In this document: piece by piece, positions 18,513-30,502 of the stretch
How the letters are laid out: each line of letters begins with the position of its first letter
Position numbering within the stretch: the first letter of the stretch is position 1
NCBI GenBank assembly: GCA_044224875.1
Contig: JBGAJQ010000011.1
Span: 1-64,000, forward strand
Direction: 5' to 3'
DNA from: Gemmatimonadaceae bacterium
Lineage (GTDB): Bacteria > Gemmatimonadota > Gemmatimonadetes > Gemmatimonadales > Gemmatimonadaceae
DNA: 64,000 nucleotides
Program-made: the position numbers and the translations under genes
The notes under the pieces: model-generated
Told to the model about the DNA's origin: nothing
Database searches by the model: none
What the model saw: only the letters and a program-made list of their open reading frames with translations

Positions 18513-19543
18513 ATGTCTAACGAACCGTCGCGCGTCCTCGCCCTTGGCGAGAACACTCGAACGCGCGTGATTGCTCAGCGACTGGTCTTTCTGGGTTACC
18601 AGGTGGACTGGGCGCTCGATGCGGCTGAAGCCGCAGCATTAGTGAAGCGCTTCTCGTACCAGGCAGTTGTCGGCAGTCTCCGCGATTGGCCAGATGGTGT
18701 GTTCAATCTCGCACTCACGGATGCCGCGGAGCGACGCATTCCGAGCGGGGGAGCCAGCGGCTCCTATGCGCCACCCGCACTGATCTGGCTGGAACAGCAC
18801 ACGGACGGCGCTGGAACGGGCGCCAGACCATCGCGACGCGCGTGCCGACTCCCTACCGCGTGAGCCGGCTCATGACGGGTCTTGAACCGACGCAGCGGCT
18901 GCCACGCCTCCTGCTGCGTCGAGAGACATTGCGGCGCTACGTGAGCCTGGCGGAAGCGGATCGTCCCGCGATTCGCTCCTCTACAATTGTGCACCATGGG
19001 ATCGTGGCGTATCCCGATCCGCTCAACCTGGCGAAGATCGACGACGAGCTGCTGCCGGTCTTGCAAGCCATGCAGGCGCGTCGTGAGAACCTGATGCTTG
19101 GGATCCTGACCAACTCCACGACTTTTCTCGTTAGGCGTTTCGCCTCCACGGTTGAGCGTGTACGGGAGGTCGGGATCGAGACGATCATGGAATTGCGCGG
19201 CAGCTGGATCATGCCGACCCTTGGCTTGATCCCGGAAGTGCGTCCCGCGTACCTGCGCCTTGGCCCGGACATCGTGCGTGGCGTGGGACAACTTCCCGAG
19301 TTGTTCCGCGAGGTGGCGGCCGTTGCCGAATTGGCACGCGACTATGGTATTCCGCTGATCGCACGAGGGTGCGAGTCAGAAAGCGACATGGATGCGCTAC
19401 AAGCGGCGGGCATTAACCTCATGCAAACAGGGGCGACCGCCGGAGATCTCGACCAGATGCTCTTTACGAGCAGCGGCTCCCGGGGACCTTCGTTCCGGTT
19501 GCGCGACGTGTCGGGCCCTCAGAGTTCGCCCTGGGGAGAGTAA
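18513..19543 (+). CDS. Pseudo-receiver plus degenerate EAL domain protein (frameshift near 18815)
   Basis: REC-like pattern (LGYQVDWALDAAEA, YQAVVGSL, TPYRVSRL); EAL-like C-terminus RPAYLRLGPDIVRG, IPLIARGCESESD, GINLMQ. Confidence 0.65.
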
Positions 19544-19569
19544 CCCCCAGGGCAGGCTTCCGTCGCGCC

Positions 19570-20052
19570 TCAGATCCAGCGCCGCACGCGCCCGCAGTAC
19601 TCCAAGTATTCGCTGCCAAAGACGCTCGTCAGATACAACTCCTCGCGCTCGATCACGAAGCGCTGGAGCAGCCACACGGCCAGTGGAAACAGCACCACCA
19701 GCCAGAGCGTGTTCAGCAGGCATGCCACGCCCAAGTAGAGGGCGCCCAGGGCGACGTAGATCGGGTTGCGGCTGAGACGATAGGGCCCCGAGGTCACGAA
19801 GGCCGCCGTCCGTCTGGGCGGCCACCAGGACCCGCGCGTCGCGCGGAAACTGACGAGTGCCCACAGCATGAGCACCAACCAGATCCCGATGAGCGCCCAT
19901 CCAAACACGCTGAACTCTGGGGCCGCGTTTCGTGTGACAATAGGGATCGGTTTCACGCGGCCAAGGAGATAACCAGCGACCCAGGGAATCGCGAACAACA
20001 GCGGCGGCGGGACTTTGACGCTTACATGCGGCAGCCGCTCGACCTCGCTCAT
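19570..20052 (-). CDS. Isoprenylcysteine carboxyl methyltransferase family membrane protein
   Basis: PPPLLF, VTSGPYRLSRNPIY, IEREELYL, YCGRVRRWI; RBS GGAGG. Confidence 0.9.
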   Translation of the reverse strand: MSEVERLPHVSVKVPPPLLFAIPWVAGYLLGRVKPIPIVTRNAAPEFSVFGWALIGIWLVLMLWALVSFRATRGSWWPPRRTAAFVTSGPYRLSRNPIYVALGALYLGVACLLNTLWLVVLFPLAVWLLQRFVIEREELYLTSVFGSEYLEYCGRVRRWI

Positions 20053-20272
20053 GAGGACCTCCACGGGGGGAATCACCGCATTGCCAATCGGCCCGACAGG
20101 GACCGTCAGGCAATGGGAGGGCAACCATGGGGGACCTAACGTCAACTCGCCGTATCGTCGGTCACACGCGGTCGAAGGCCTAACGCCACGCGGGCGTTCG
20201 CCGACCGGTCAACCATTGGCCACCGCCGCCGACGAGCGGTGGCCTCAGACGCATGCCTTGATCGTGCGCCTC

Positions 20273-20314
20273 TACGCAGCAGTTCGGTCGTGAGTGCGAC
20301 CGAACTGCTGCGTA
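20273..20314. repeat. Perfect 18-bp inverted repeat (hairpin)
   Basis: TACGCAGCAGTTCGGTCG-TGAGTG-CGACCGAACTGCTGCGTA, 38 bp downstream of the SRPBCC gene. Confidence 0.85.
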
Positions 20315-20352
20315 ACAGTTCAGCTTGGCGCCGGAAGCGATTGCACCCCACG

Positions 20353-20844
20353 TCAGGCGGCTTGTAACGTGACCAGCAACGCATCCAGCATCTGGTACGT
20401 GGCGTTCATGCCCTCGGTCATGCCGGTCCGCAATGCCGCATCCCGAGCTTCGACCGATGCATAACGCACCGTGATGGACAGTGTCGTCTGGCCGCGATGC
20501 TCGGTGAAGGTCGTGGTGACCTGCGTCTCGCCTCCTGTCCAATCGTCGTCGAAGCGCTCGGTATGGACGATCCGTTCGGGCGCCTTGAAGTCACGGATGG
20601 TGCCTGTGAGGCCCATCTTTGGTCCGCCAGATTTCTTCCATTCATAGCGTACTCCACCGCCCACACGCAGGTCGAACTCGCATGTCACCATCGTCCAACC
20701 GTTTGGGCCGTGCAGCCACTGCTTGATGAGTTCAGGTGTCGTGAGTGCCTTGAACACGAGTTCGCGTGGGGCATCGAACATTCGCGTGATCGTGACTTCA
20801 CGATCCGAGGGCGTCGTTACCTGAACCGCGCGCGTGGTGGTCAT
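20353..20844 (-). CDS. SRPBCC/AHSA1 family protein
   Basis: TPSDREVTITRMFDAPRELVF, DLRVGG, PERIVHTERF, ARDAALRTGM. Confidence 0.92.
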   Translation of the reverse strand: MTTTRAVQVTTPSDREVTITRMFDAPRELVFKALTTPELIKQWLHGPNGWTMVTCEFDLRVGGGVRYEWKKSGGPKMGLTGTIRDFKAPERIVHTERFDDDWTGGETQVTTTFTEHRGQTTLSITVRYASVEARDAALRTGMTEGMNATYQMLDALLVTLQAA

Positions 20845-21206
20845 GGACGATCTCCTTTCCGCTTCCGGCGGGTGCGTTTGGGCTCTGTGGTCTTCATGTA
20901 GTCCAGCAGGTCGTCCAGCTTCTGGAAGCGACCCTCCCAGAACCGGCGGTAGTCTTCCAGCCATTCGTTGGCTTGGGCGAGCGGCTGCGCTTCCAGCTTA
21001 CACGGCCGCCGCTGAGCCACTCGGCCGCGCGAGATCAGTCCGGCCCGCTCCAGCACCTTGAGGTGCTTGGAGATCGCCGGCTGGCTCATCGAGAAGGGTT
21101 CCGCCAGCTCCAATACGGATGCCTCTCCCATGGCCAACCGTGAGAGGATCGCCCTCCGCGTGGGATCGGCGAGTGCAGCGAACGTGGCGTCCAGGTGATG
21201 CGGCAT
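20841..21206 (-). CDS. ArsR/SmtB family transcriptional regulator
   Basis: FAALADPTRRAIL, SQPAISKHLKVLERAGLI. Confidence 0.95.
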   Translation of the reverse strand: MPHHLDATFAALADPTRRAILSRLAMGEASVLELAEPFSMSQPAISKHLKVLERAGLISRGRVAQRRPCKLEAQPLAQANEWLEDYRRFWEGRFQKLDDLLDYMKTTEPKRTRRKRKGDRP

Positions 21207-21243
21207 GGCGCGCGGGAATAGGGTTCGTGCGGATCTTCGCGCG

Positions 21244-21718
21244 TCAGGCGTGGTCTGCCGCCTGCTGCAACGCCCGAATGTCGATCTTCTTCATCTGCAG
21301 CATAGCCTGCATGGCGGCGCATCGAGCGCTTCGGGTCGGGATCGCTGAGGAGTTGCCCGAGAACCGTTGGGATCACCTGCCAGGACAGCCCGAACTTGTC
21401 GCGCAGCCATCCGCACTGCTGCTCCTCGCCTCCTGCGGACAGCTTGTCCCAGAAGTGATCGACTTCTTCCTGTGTCTCACAATTGACGAACATGGAAATG
21501 GCAGGCGTGAAGCTGTACATCGGGCCTCCATTCAGTGCGTAAAACGACTGGCCCTCGAGCTCAAACGTAGCCGACATCACGGTGCCCTTCGGACCTGGAC
21601 CACCCTCACCGTACCGAGTCACGCGACCAATCTTCGCGTTCCTGAAGACGGACGCATAGAAGTTCATGGCTTCTTCGGCGTTGCCGTTGAACCACAGGAA
21701 GGGGACGATCTTGTTCAT
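21244..21718 (-). CDS. VOC/PhnB-like (3-demethylubiquinone-9 3-methyltransferase family) protein; frameshift near 21317
   Basis: MNKIVPFLWF, ALNGGP, CGWLRDKFGLSWQV; expected end MQAMLQMKKIDI lies in another frame. Confidence 0.9.
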
Positions 21719-21772
21719 ATAGCGCTCTCTTTGGAAGGCGACGGCGGCTAAAGGCATCCGCGACAGTGTTCC

Positions 21773-21815
21773 ATAACCGTTTGGTTATATATATGGGTAG
21801 TCCGCTGCCCGTCAA
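21773..21815 (-). promoter_or_regulatory. Sigma70-type promoter with overlapping ArsR-type operator
   Basis: ATAACC-GTTT-GGTTAT palindrome 21773-21788; TTGACG at 21815-21810 followed by TATATA tract. Confidence 0.7.
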
Positions 21816-21827
21816 GAGCTGGTGGTG

Positions 21828-22955
21828 CTAGCGCCAGCCGACCTCGAGGCCGACGGCGGTTCGCCCGCCCACGAGCGGCTGTACCATGAGCCGTGGCGCG
21901 CCACTTGGCCCGCGCTCGATCACGGCCGCACTTGCACTGTGTGTTCGTCGCGCGTAGAAGTACGCCTCCAGGGCCGCGCCGAGCCACGTGGCGGCCGCTA
22001 CGGTGTACCCGACAGCCGCCGTTGGATGAACGGTGACCAACGCGGAGTCAGCAAACGGGCGCCCCTGCGCATCACGCCGCGCCACCAGCTGATACTCCTG
22101 CGTCCACTGCAGTGCCAGCGTCATTGCACCACCAAAGGCGCCTAACGCAGCGAGGGCCAGGAGTGGCCGTCGCGTCCTTACCTGCCCAACACCCGGGAAG
22201 ATGAGTCCCGAGGCGAGCGCATTCCCTGGTGAGTACACGTGGCGAGGCAGGGCATTCAAGGCCCTGGTGATCGAGACGTGATCTACGCCCAATGGCGTGG
22301 CCGCGACGTACCGCCGGAAGTCGGCAACAGCCGAGTCGCGCTCGCCACGCGCAGCGCGTGCCAGCCCGCGATTGTAGTAGACCGCCGGCGACGGATCCAT
22401 TCTGGCGACCTCCGTGAAGAGCGAGTCAGCCGCCACGAAGTCGCTGCGTGTCAGGACGGTGACGGCGCTTTGGAAGAGGGCGAGCGTGGTGCGCTGCTTC
22501 TCGATCTCGCTCGCGGGGGTCAGGCGCGCAATGCGGCCTCGTACCTCATCGGCGTCGGACGAGGTGGGGGAGAGCGACAAGTATCGACAGTACGAGCGAA
22601 CCGCCGACGCCCCGTCGCTCAGCGCCTCGTACTCACGTCCCAAGTAGTACGTGAGACGTGGCTCCAAGGGAGCAATAGACAAGGCACCAAGGTACGCGTC
22701 GCGCGCATCCACGTGGTCGCCAACCAGTGACGCTTCCTGCGCCCGGTTGATCAGGGCCCGCAACTGTTCGGCGTTCGACTGCGCTCCGCTGACCGGCGCA
22801 CGCTCCGGCGCACTGACGCATCCACTGACTGGAGTCACCCCGATCGTGGACTGAATGGGGAGGGACTGCGCGGAGGCAAGCTCGGGAAACCACAAAGCGG
22901 CGACCGCGGCTATTACGCGTACTCGAACTGGCCGCCTCAGCTGACGTCTGTGCAT
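21828..22955 (-). CDS. Secreted tetratricopeptide-repeat protein
   Basis: Signal peptide (ASA-Q); TPR helices (YYLGREYEAL, YYNRGLARAARG); SGLIFPGVGQ membrane motif. Confidence 0.75.
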   Translation of the reverse strand: MHRRQLRRPVRVRVIAAVAALWFPELASAQSLPIQSTIGVTPVSGCVSAPERAPVSGAQSNAEQLRALINRAQEASLVGDHVDARDAYLGALSIAPLEPRLTYYLGREYEALSDGASAVRSYCRYLSLSPTSSDADEVRGRIARLTPASEIEKQRTTLALFQSAVTVLTRSDFVAADSLFTEVARMDPSPAVYYNRGLARAARGERDSAVADFRRYVAATPLGVDHVSITRALNALPRHVYSPGNALASGLIFPGVGQVRTRRPLLALAALGAFGGAMTLALQWTQEYQLVARRDAQGRPFADSALVTVHPTAAVGYTVAAATWLGAALEAYFYARRTHSASAAVIERGPSGAPRLMVQPLVGGRTAVGLEVGWR

Positions 22956-23269
22956 TGCTTCACCCTCATCGCATCCAACCGCACGGCGCACCGGTTTTGT
23001 GGCGCGCCAAACTCACCCGGGACAGCTGGGTCGTGTACAACGCATGCTGCGAGCGCGTACGAAATGGCGTCTGTAACGTCCCGCACATCGCGCAGGCACA
23101 GCAGCGCGCGCAAGACGATCGCTGCCTAACGGCTACAGACACGCTCCCAGTGGTCAGACCCTGTCGAGCAAGCGGACTTCGAATTGGGCGCAACGGGAGA
23201 CCGACGACGGCGCGACCTCTGCCTACTCCACAAGGCGCAATCACGCTCGCTCCACTACTTTACCTATCC

Positions 23270-25090
<1,821 letters not shown>

Positions 25091-25115
25091 CCGGCGTCGC
25101 GCCGACGCCGTCAGA

Positions 25116-27473
25116 TTAAACTACGAGACGCAGCCCGCCGCGCTCCGCCCCCGACTCGTGGTCGAGACGGCCTGCAAGGAACGCGGCGATCCGCGACGCC
25201 GGCATCGGCTCGGCAAACAGGAAGCCCTGGGCCTGCGTGCAACCGAGCGATTTGACCCATGACAGGGCGTCCGACGTCTCGACCCCCTCGGCCGTCGTAA
25301 CGCAGCCCAGCTTTCCGGCCAATCCTGTCACCGCCTCGATGATGGCGCCGCGATCGGCCAACGACGCTCCGCCGGACACGAAGGAACGATCGATCTTGAT
25401 CGTATTCACCCGGTATCGGGTCAAGTAGTTGAGTGACGAGAAACCCGTCCCGAAGTCGTCCAGCGCAATGCGGATGCCGAGCGAGTGCATCTCCGAGATG
25501 AACTGCAGCGTCTGCGCCTCGTGCGAGAGTAACAGCGCCTCGGTGATCTCCAGCTCCAACCGGTCCGCCGTAAGACCCGAGCGCCCGAGTGCCTCCACGA
25601 CGGTATGCAACAGCGATGCCCTGCCCAGCTGCGCCGGGGACAGGTTCACTGAAACCCGAATATGGGTCGGCCATTGGGCGGCGTGCCGGCACGCCTCGTG
25701 GATGATCCAATCGCCCAGGGGTACGATGATCCCGGTGGACTCCGCGATACTGATGAACGCGTCCGGCGGGAGCAGGCCACGCGAAGGATGTCGCCACCGC
25801 ACCAGCGCCTCGAAGGCGACCGTTTCAAGGCTGGCGACGTCCACCACGGGTTGGAAGTGCAGGACGAATTCGTCGCGTGCCAACGCCACGCCCAAGTCTT
25901 CCTTGATGCTCCGCATCTCCTCCGCCTCTCGAAGCATCGACCCGCTGTAACGCACCGCCTTGCCGCGGGCGCGGTCTTTCGACCGATACAGCGCGAGATC
26001 GGCGTTTCTCAGCAACTCGTCAATGGTCTCGCCATCCTCTGGGCCAAAGGCGATGCCGACCGATGCCCCGACGGTGACACGGGAACCCTGGATTTCATAG
26101 GCGATGGAGATGCGCTCAATGATCTGTTCAGCCACGAGGTGCACATGGCGCGAGGACTGCATGCCGTGAAAGAGCAGCCCGAACTCGTCACCACCAAGTC
26201 GACCGACGGTCACGCCCTGCGTTTCGAAGGCAGCGAGATCCCGCGCGACCTCGCGCAACAACAGGTCACCTGCCGGATGACCGAGCGTGTCGTTTACCGA
26301 CTTGAAGTAGTCGAGGTCCAGACAGCCGATCGCCATCGTGGCACCGCGGCCTCGCGCGTTCGCCAGCGCTTCTGCCGCGGAATCGCGGAACGCCGTGCGG
26401 TTCTTCAGGCCGGTGAGGATGTCGGTGGCCGCCATCCAGGCGATGCGATCCTGCGCCTTTCGCACGTCGGTGGTGTCGGATCCTACGCCACGCCATCCGT
26501 TGAAGCGCCCGCGGTCGTCAACGATCGGACTGGCCCCGATGGACCACCAGCGCAGACCATCCCGACCTAACGCCGATACCTCGAGCTTCCTGAATGGACG
26601 CCCACCACTGATGCGGTTCAGCAGGTCTTCTCGGCTGGCTGGAGCAATCAGGTCAGGGAGTCGCGCGCCATCCAGCTCGGCGCTCGAGACGCCACACACC
26701 TCCGCAAAACGCGCCGAGTGCTTCACGATGCACAGGTCGCGATCCAGCTCAAATAACCAGTCCGATCCCTTCTCCTCGAATTCGGCCAGCAACATGCCGA
26801 TCACCTGTCCTCGCTCGTTGATCTTGCCTTCCGCGATGAAGCGATCGACGAAGAGTCGCGACGTGCCGAGCGCGCCTCGGATGACCACACCGGCGTAGGC
26901 CAACAGGAGACCGGCCAACTCGAAATGGTAGGTGTTGTCCGAACGAACGATCCCGACAAAGGAGCCGAGCGAGAGTATCACCACATAGGCCGTAGCAGCT
27001 GGCGGTACGGTCGCCAGCACGAACCCGCCGGCACAGATCATTCCGGTAACGACGGTCGCCACGACGAGTTGTGCCTGGGGATTGACCGACGCGAACCAGA
27101 AGATCGGAACCGCGGCCCACACCGCCGCGAGGATGCTGGCATGGAATGTCGCGCGCCGGAATCCGCGCGCCGATGATCGCGTGCGCGGTGGCCGGCGTCG
27201 ATCAGCCAGCCATCCCCGCAGTGAAATCAGCGCAACCAAGGCAAGACACGCACCCCACACCGCCACGCCGCGCCAGTCAACCGCTCCTCGTAGCGTTTGA
27301 GCCACCAAGGCCAGGTTGACGAGGTTCACGACCATCGTGAGCGGCGTGAACCGGAAGACCGCCTGAAGTTGGGCCGCGCGAATCCGGGACTGGGTATCCT
27401 CGTCCAGCTCGTGTATGGGTGGCGTGCCACCCCGAATCCAGTCGGCGAGTGCCCGGGACAGGCGCGTGCGCAC
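25116..27473 (-). CDS. Membrane-bound PAS-GGDEF-EAL diguanylate cyclase/phosphodiesterase
   Basis: N-terminal TMs, PAS (DWLFELD...GWRGVGSD), RLGGDEF, FEALVRW, DDFGTGFSSL, KIDRSFV, AEGVET, AQGF. Confidence 0.95.
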   Translation of the reverse strand: MRTRLSRALADWIRGGTPPIHELDEDTQSRIRAAQLQAVFRFTPLTMVVNLVNLALVAQTLRGAVDWRGVAVWGACLALVALISLRGWLADRRRPPRTRSSARGFRRATFHASILAAVWAAVPIFWFASVNPQAQLVVATVVTGMICAGGFVLATVPPAATAYVVILSLGSFVGIVRSDNTYHFELAGLLLAYAGVVIRGALGTSRLFVDRFIAEGKINERGQVIGMLLAEFEEKGSDWLFELDRDLCIVKHSARFAEVCGVSSAELDGARLPDLIAPASREDLLNRISGGRPFRKLEVSALGRDGLRWWSIGASPIVDDRGRFNGWRGVGSDTTDVRKAQDRIAWMAATDILTGLKNRTAFRDSAAEALANARGRGATMAIGCLDLDYFKSVNDTLGHPAGDLLLREVARDLAAFETQGVTVGRLGGDEFGLLFHGMQSSRHVHLVAEQIIERISIAYEIQGSRVTVGASVGIAFGPEDGETIDELLRNADLALYRSKDRARGKAVRYSGSMLREAEEMRSIKEDLGVALARDEFVLHFQPVVDVASLETVAFEALVRWRHPSRGLLPPDAFISIAESTGIIVPLGDWIIHEACRHAAQWPTHIRVSVNLSPAQLGRASLLHTVVEALGRSGLTADRLELEITEALLLSHEAQTLQFISEMHSLGIRIALDDFGTGFSSLNYLTRYRVNTIKIDRSFVSGGASLADRGAIIEAVTGLAGKLGCVTTAEGVETSDALSWVKSLGCTQAQGFLFAEPMPASRIAAFLAGRLDHESGAERGGLRLVV

Positions 27474-27684
27474 GGACGCTTACCTCACCGTTCGCGAAGC
27501 GCGAAGCAGACCGCGATTCAACCGGGTGTTCACGTTGGAGCTGGTGCGAGTGGGTGCACCGGAGCGAGACCGGCACGTTGATGAATGAGTGACGGACGAG
27601 GGATGCTGAGCGTCACCGCCTGCACAATAGTAATGATGATGCAGGATTTGTCGCGGATGCGAAGCGCCTAACAGTTGAGCTCGT

Positions 27685-28305
27685 TCACGGCGCTTCCGAC
27701 AAGTAGCCGTGCCAGAGAATTCGCGCAGCGACCGCCCGAAATGGTGCCCAACGTTGCGCCATTTTCGTCGCCTGGTCACTGCTGGGCAGCGTAGGCAGCC
27801 CTCGTAGCCGAGCGAGCGCCTTGTGCAGGGCCAAGTCACCGTGCGGCCAGACGTCCGGACGCCGAAGGACAATCAACAGGTAAACGTTCGCCGTCCATGG
27901 CCCGATGCCGGTCACCTGTGTGAGCTGACGGGTGACCTCTTCGTCCGAAACCTTCGCCAACCGATCCAGTCGCAGCCGGCCCTCCTGTAAGTGTGTGGCG
28001 AGCGAACAAAGGAACGCGGACTTCTGTCGCGTCACCCCGAGGGCTCGCAACCCCATCTCGCCGGTGCCCAGGACGGCCGCAGGTTCGAACCCTCCTGGAA
28101 TCTGCGTGGACAGCCGTCGATACAGGGATGCAGCCGACGCCAGCGAGACCTGCTGCTCGAGGATGATGCGGACGAGTGTCTTGAAGCCACCGGGTCGTGC
28201 CCACAAGGGCGGTGTGCCGTGTGCCCTTACGATCCTTTCCAGTCCACGATCGCGTGCGATGAGTAAGTCGACGGCGTCGGCAAGCGATTGGCGGTCGAGT
28301 CGCAT
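27685..28305 (-). CDS. DNA-3-methyladenine glycosylase II (AlkA/HhH-GPD family)
   Basis: ILEQQVSLASA, GVTRQK, GIGPWTA, PDVWPHGDLAL, WAPFRAVAARILW; start uncertain (could be 28422). Confidence 0.92.
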   Translation of the reverse strand: MRLDRQSLADAVDLLIARDRGLERIVRAHGTPPLWARPGGFKTLVRIILEQQVSLASAASLYRRLSTQIPGGFEPAAVLGTGEMGLRALGVTRQKSAFLCSLATHLQEGRLRLDRLAKVSDEEVTRQLTQVTGIGPWTANVYLLIVLRRPDVWPHGDLALHKALARLRGLPTLPSSDQATKMAQRWAPFRAVAARILWHGYLSEAP

Positions 28306-28626
28306 CGGCGCCGGTGGCGTGTTGGCGATCACGCGAGGTGGTGTGACTGGCCTGATGGCTAACGCGGTGTCGCGGTCAGGCACGATTGCCTCGAGGCGAT
28401 TGGTGATCCGGGAGCGGGACATGTCCGAGTGCAACCGGGGCTCGCGAAAAGTTCATGCGAAAAAAGTTCCATCTGGCGGAGCAGCCCACGTCGGGGAGTG
28501 GTGAGTGTGCGAATACGTCTGGCAGCGTTAGGGTGCCGCGCGCCGACCGTGTTGATCAGGATGGAGGCCGCAATCGTGCGTGGCGGTTGCCAACGCCGCG
28601 CGGCCAGAACCAGCGGAGGAGTCCAG

Positions 28627-29184
28627 ATGAAGCAGAACCTGAAACTCATGATCATCAGCGCGGTCACCAGCACATGCCTCTCAGCTGCCGGCCTGCACGC
28701 GCAGATCACCGAGGTATCGCGAACACCCATTGCCGATGCCGCGCAGATCACCTTCGGGTACCTATGCGACGATCGGTTTGTGATTCGCAACGACGGTACC
28801 AAACCCATTGACCTCGAGTACGGCCTTGAGAAAGGCACCGAACACACCAAGCTGACGCTCAATGCCCGCGAGTCCGTGGAATTGGCGTCAACGTCCAAGA
28901 ACGCCATGGAGTTGTGGATGGACGGCAAGTTGATCGCCAAAGCCATGAAGGAAAAGCGCTCGTGCAAGGATGTGCAGGGCAACGCCGCCGTGCGTGTGAG
29001 TCCTTTGGATGTGGCGAACAACACCCGGTCACGCGACCGTTACGCGTACGGGCCGCCGTACCCCTTCTACGATCCCTGGTACTTCGGATTTTACGGGATG
29101 TATGGGTTCCGACCGTACTACAGCCTCAGCTACGGGTACCCGATCATCGTTGGCCGGCGAGTGGGCGGCGGCCACCGCAGATAG
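28627..29184 (+). CDS. Secreted hypothetical protein with Tyr/Gly/Pro-rich C-terminal tail
   Basis: RBS GGAGGA; signal peptide (LHA-Q); beta-rich core with two Cys; YGPPYPFYDPWYFGFYGMYGFRPYY tail. Confidence 0.75.
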   Translation: MKQNLKLMIISAVTSTCLSAAGLHAQITEVSRTPIADAAQITFGYLCDDRFVIRNDGTKPIDLEYGLEKGTEHTKLTLNARESVELASTSKNAMELWMDGKLIAKAMKEKRSCKDVQGNAAVRVSPLDVANNTRSRDRYAYGPPYPFYDPWYFGFYGMYGFRPYYSLSYGYPIIVGRRVGGGHRR

Positions 29185-29383
29185 CCTAACGATAATGTAA
29201 GGATGACGTGCGCGGAGGTGGTGTGCCGTATGAGCTGTCATCGCTCGACTCACCGACGTCCTCCTCCCAGACAGCGACGACAGGAGCGTGATCATGGAGC
29301 TCCCGAGGCACTTCGCCTGGGGAGCTCCCTGATTGGCCGCTCGGCACATCGGGCGTGTCGGTCACCGTCAGCGCGCCGCATCG

Positions 29384-30214
29384 CTACGACTTCGCCGCGA
29401 ACATGCCATCGATCGTCGCGAACGGAATCGCTGCGCTTACCTGCGTGAAGGTCCCCCGTTGACTGATCTCCTCGGCGGCCGCGAGGAATCCGGTCCATGC
29501 GGCGCGGGCGAGCGCACCACCAACACTGATCCGCCGAACACCTAACGCGGCGAGCGACGCAACGGTGGTGAAGTCACTGCCGACGAGCACGTTCACGGGC
29601 TTGGGCGCGACACCTTGCACGACGACCGAGATGTCACTGCTGCTCCGCAATCCTGGAGCGTACAGACAGTCGGCACCCGCCTGGGCGTAGGCCTGCAATC
29701 GACGCAGGGTCTCAGTCAGGTCCGGACGTGCGACGAGGTAACCTTCGGATCGCGCCGTGAGCAACACCCCCGTTCCCGAACGATCAATCGCTTGCCGAGC
29801 CGAACGCACGCGTTCGACCGCCAGGTCGAATTCATACAGTGGCTTCGACTCGTCCCCCGTCGAATCCTCGATCGACAGTCCAGCGATGCCGGTCTTCACT
29901 GCGGCGCTCACGTTGCGTCCGACTCCGTCGGGCTGTACGGCGTAGCCGCCCTCGAAGTCGACGCTCACGGGCACAGGGACACTTTCGACGAGTGCGCGAG
30001 CATGCGCGATCACTTCGTCGACGGTCGCCTTCGTGTCGCACCTGCCGAGCGTCCAGGCGAACCCGGACGACGTCGTTGCCAGGGCCTGGAATCCGAGTTG
30101 AACGAGCAGTCGGGCACTTCCCACATCGAACGGATTTGGGATGACGAAACAGCCCGATTGATGCAGCTCGTGAAACCGGCGGATGCGGGCGTCGGCGCTG
30201 GAGGGTGGAGTCAT
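29384..30214 (-). CDS. Isocitrate lyase/PEP mutase family protein
   Basis: PNPFDVGSA, ATTSSG, DFEGGY, GLSIED, AGADCLYAPG, GVRRISVGG. Confidence 0.93.
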   Translation of the reverse strand: MTPPSSADARIRRFHELHQSGCFVIPNPFDVGSARLLVQLGFQALATTSSGFAWTLGRCDTKATVDEVIAHARALVESVPVPVSVDFEGGYAVQPDGVGRNVSAAVKTGIAGLSIEDSTGDESKPLYEFDLAVERVRSARQAIDRSGTGVLLTARSEGYLVARPDLTETLRRLQAYAQAGADCLYAPGLRSSSDISVVVQGVAPKPVNVLVGSDFTTVASLAALGVRRISVGGALARAAWTGFLAAAEEISQRGTFTQVSAAIPFATIDGMFAAKS

Positions 30215-30502
30215 CGGCGGTGGGTGGTGGACAGTGAATGGACGTTGCGCACTGCAACTTTAGGCGGCGCCGCGATGTGGTGCCAGAGGCGCTGGGACGA
30301 AGCGATTCGATGCGGTGCCGGTCTGACACGTTGAGCATTGCTCCAGCGGGCGGTACACTCCCTTGCACTCGTCGCGCCCGATAGGGGCAGAACGAGGATC
30401 CTCACACCTGTCCCCGCGTAGTTCCTGGCCCGTCCCCGTCGGGCGTCGACCGATCCCCGAACAGCAGGTCACCCGAGCCACGTGTCGCCTTGTTAGGCAA
30501 CC

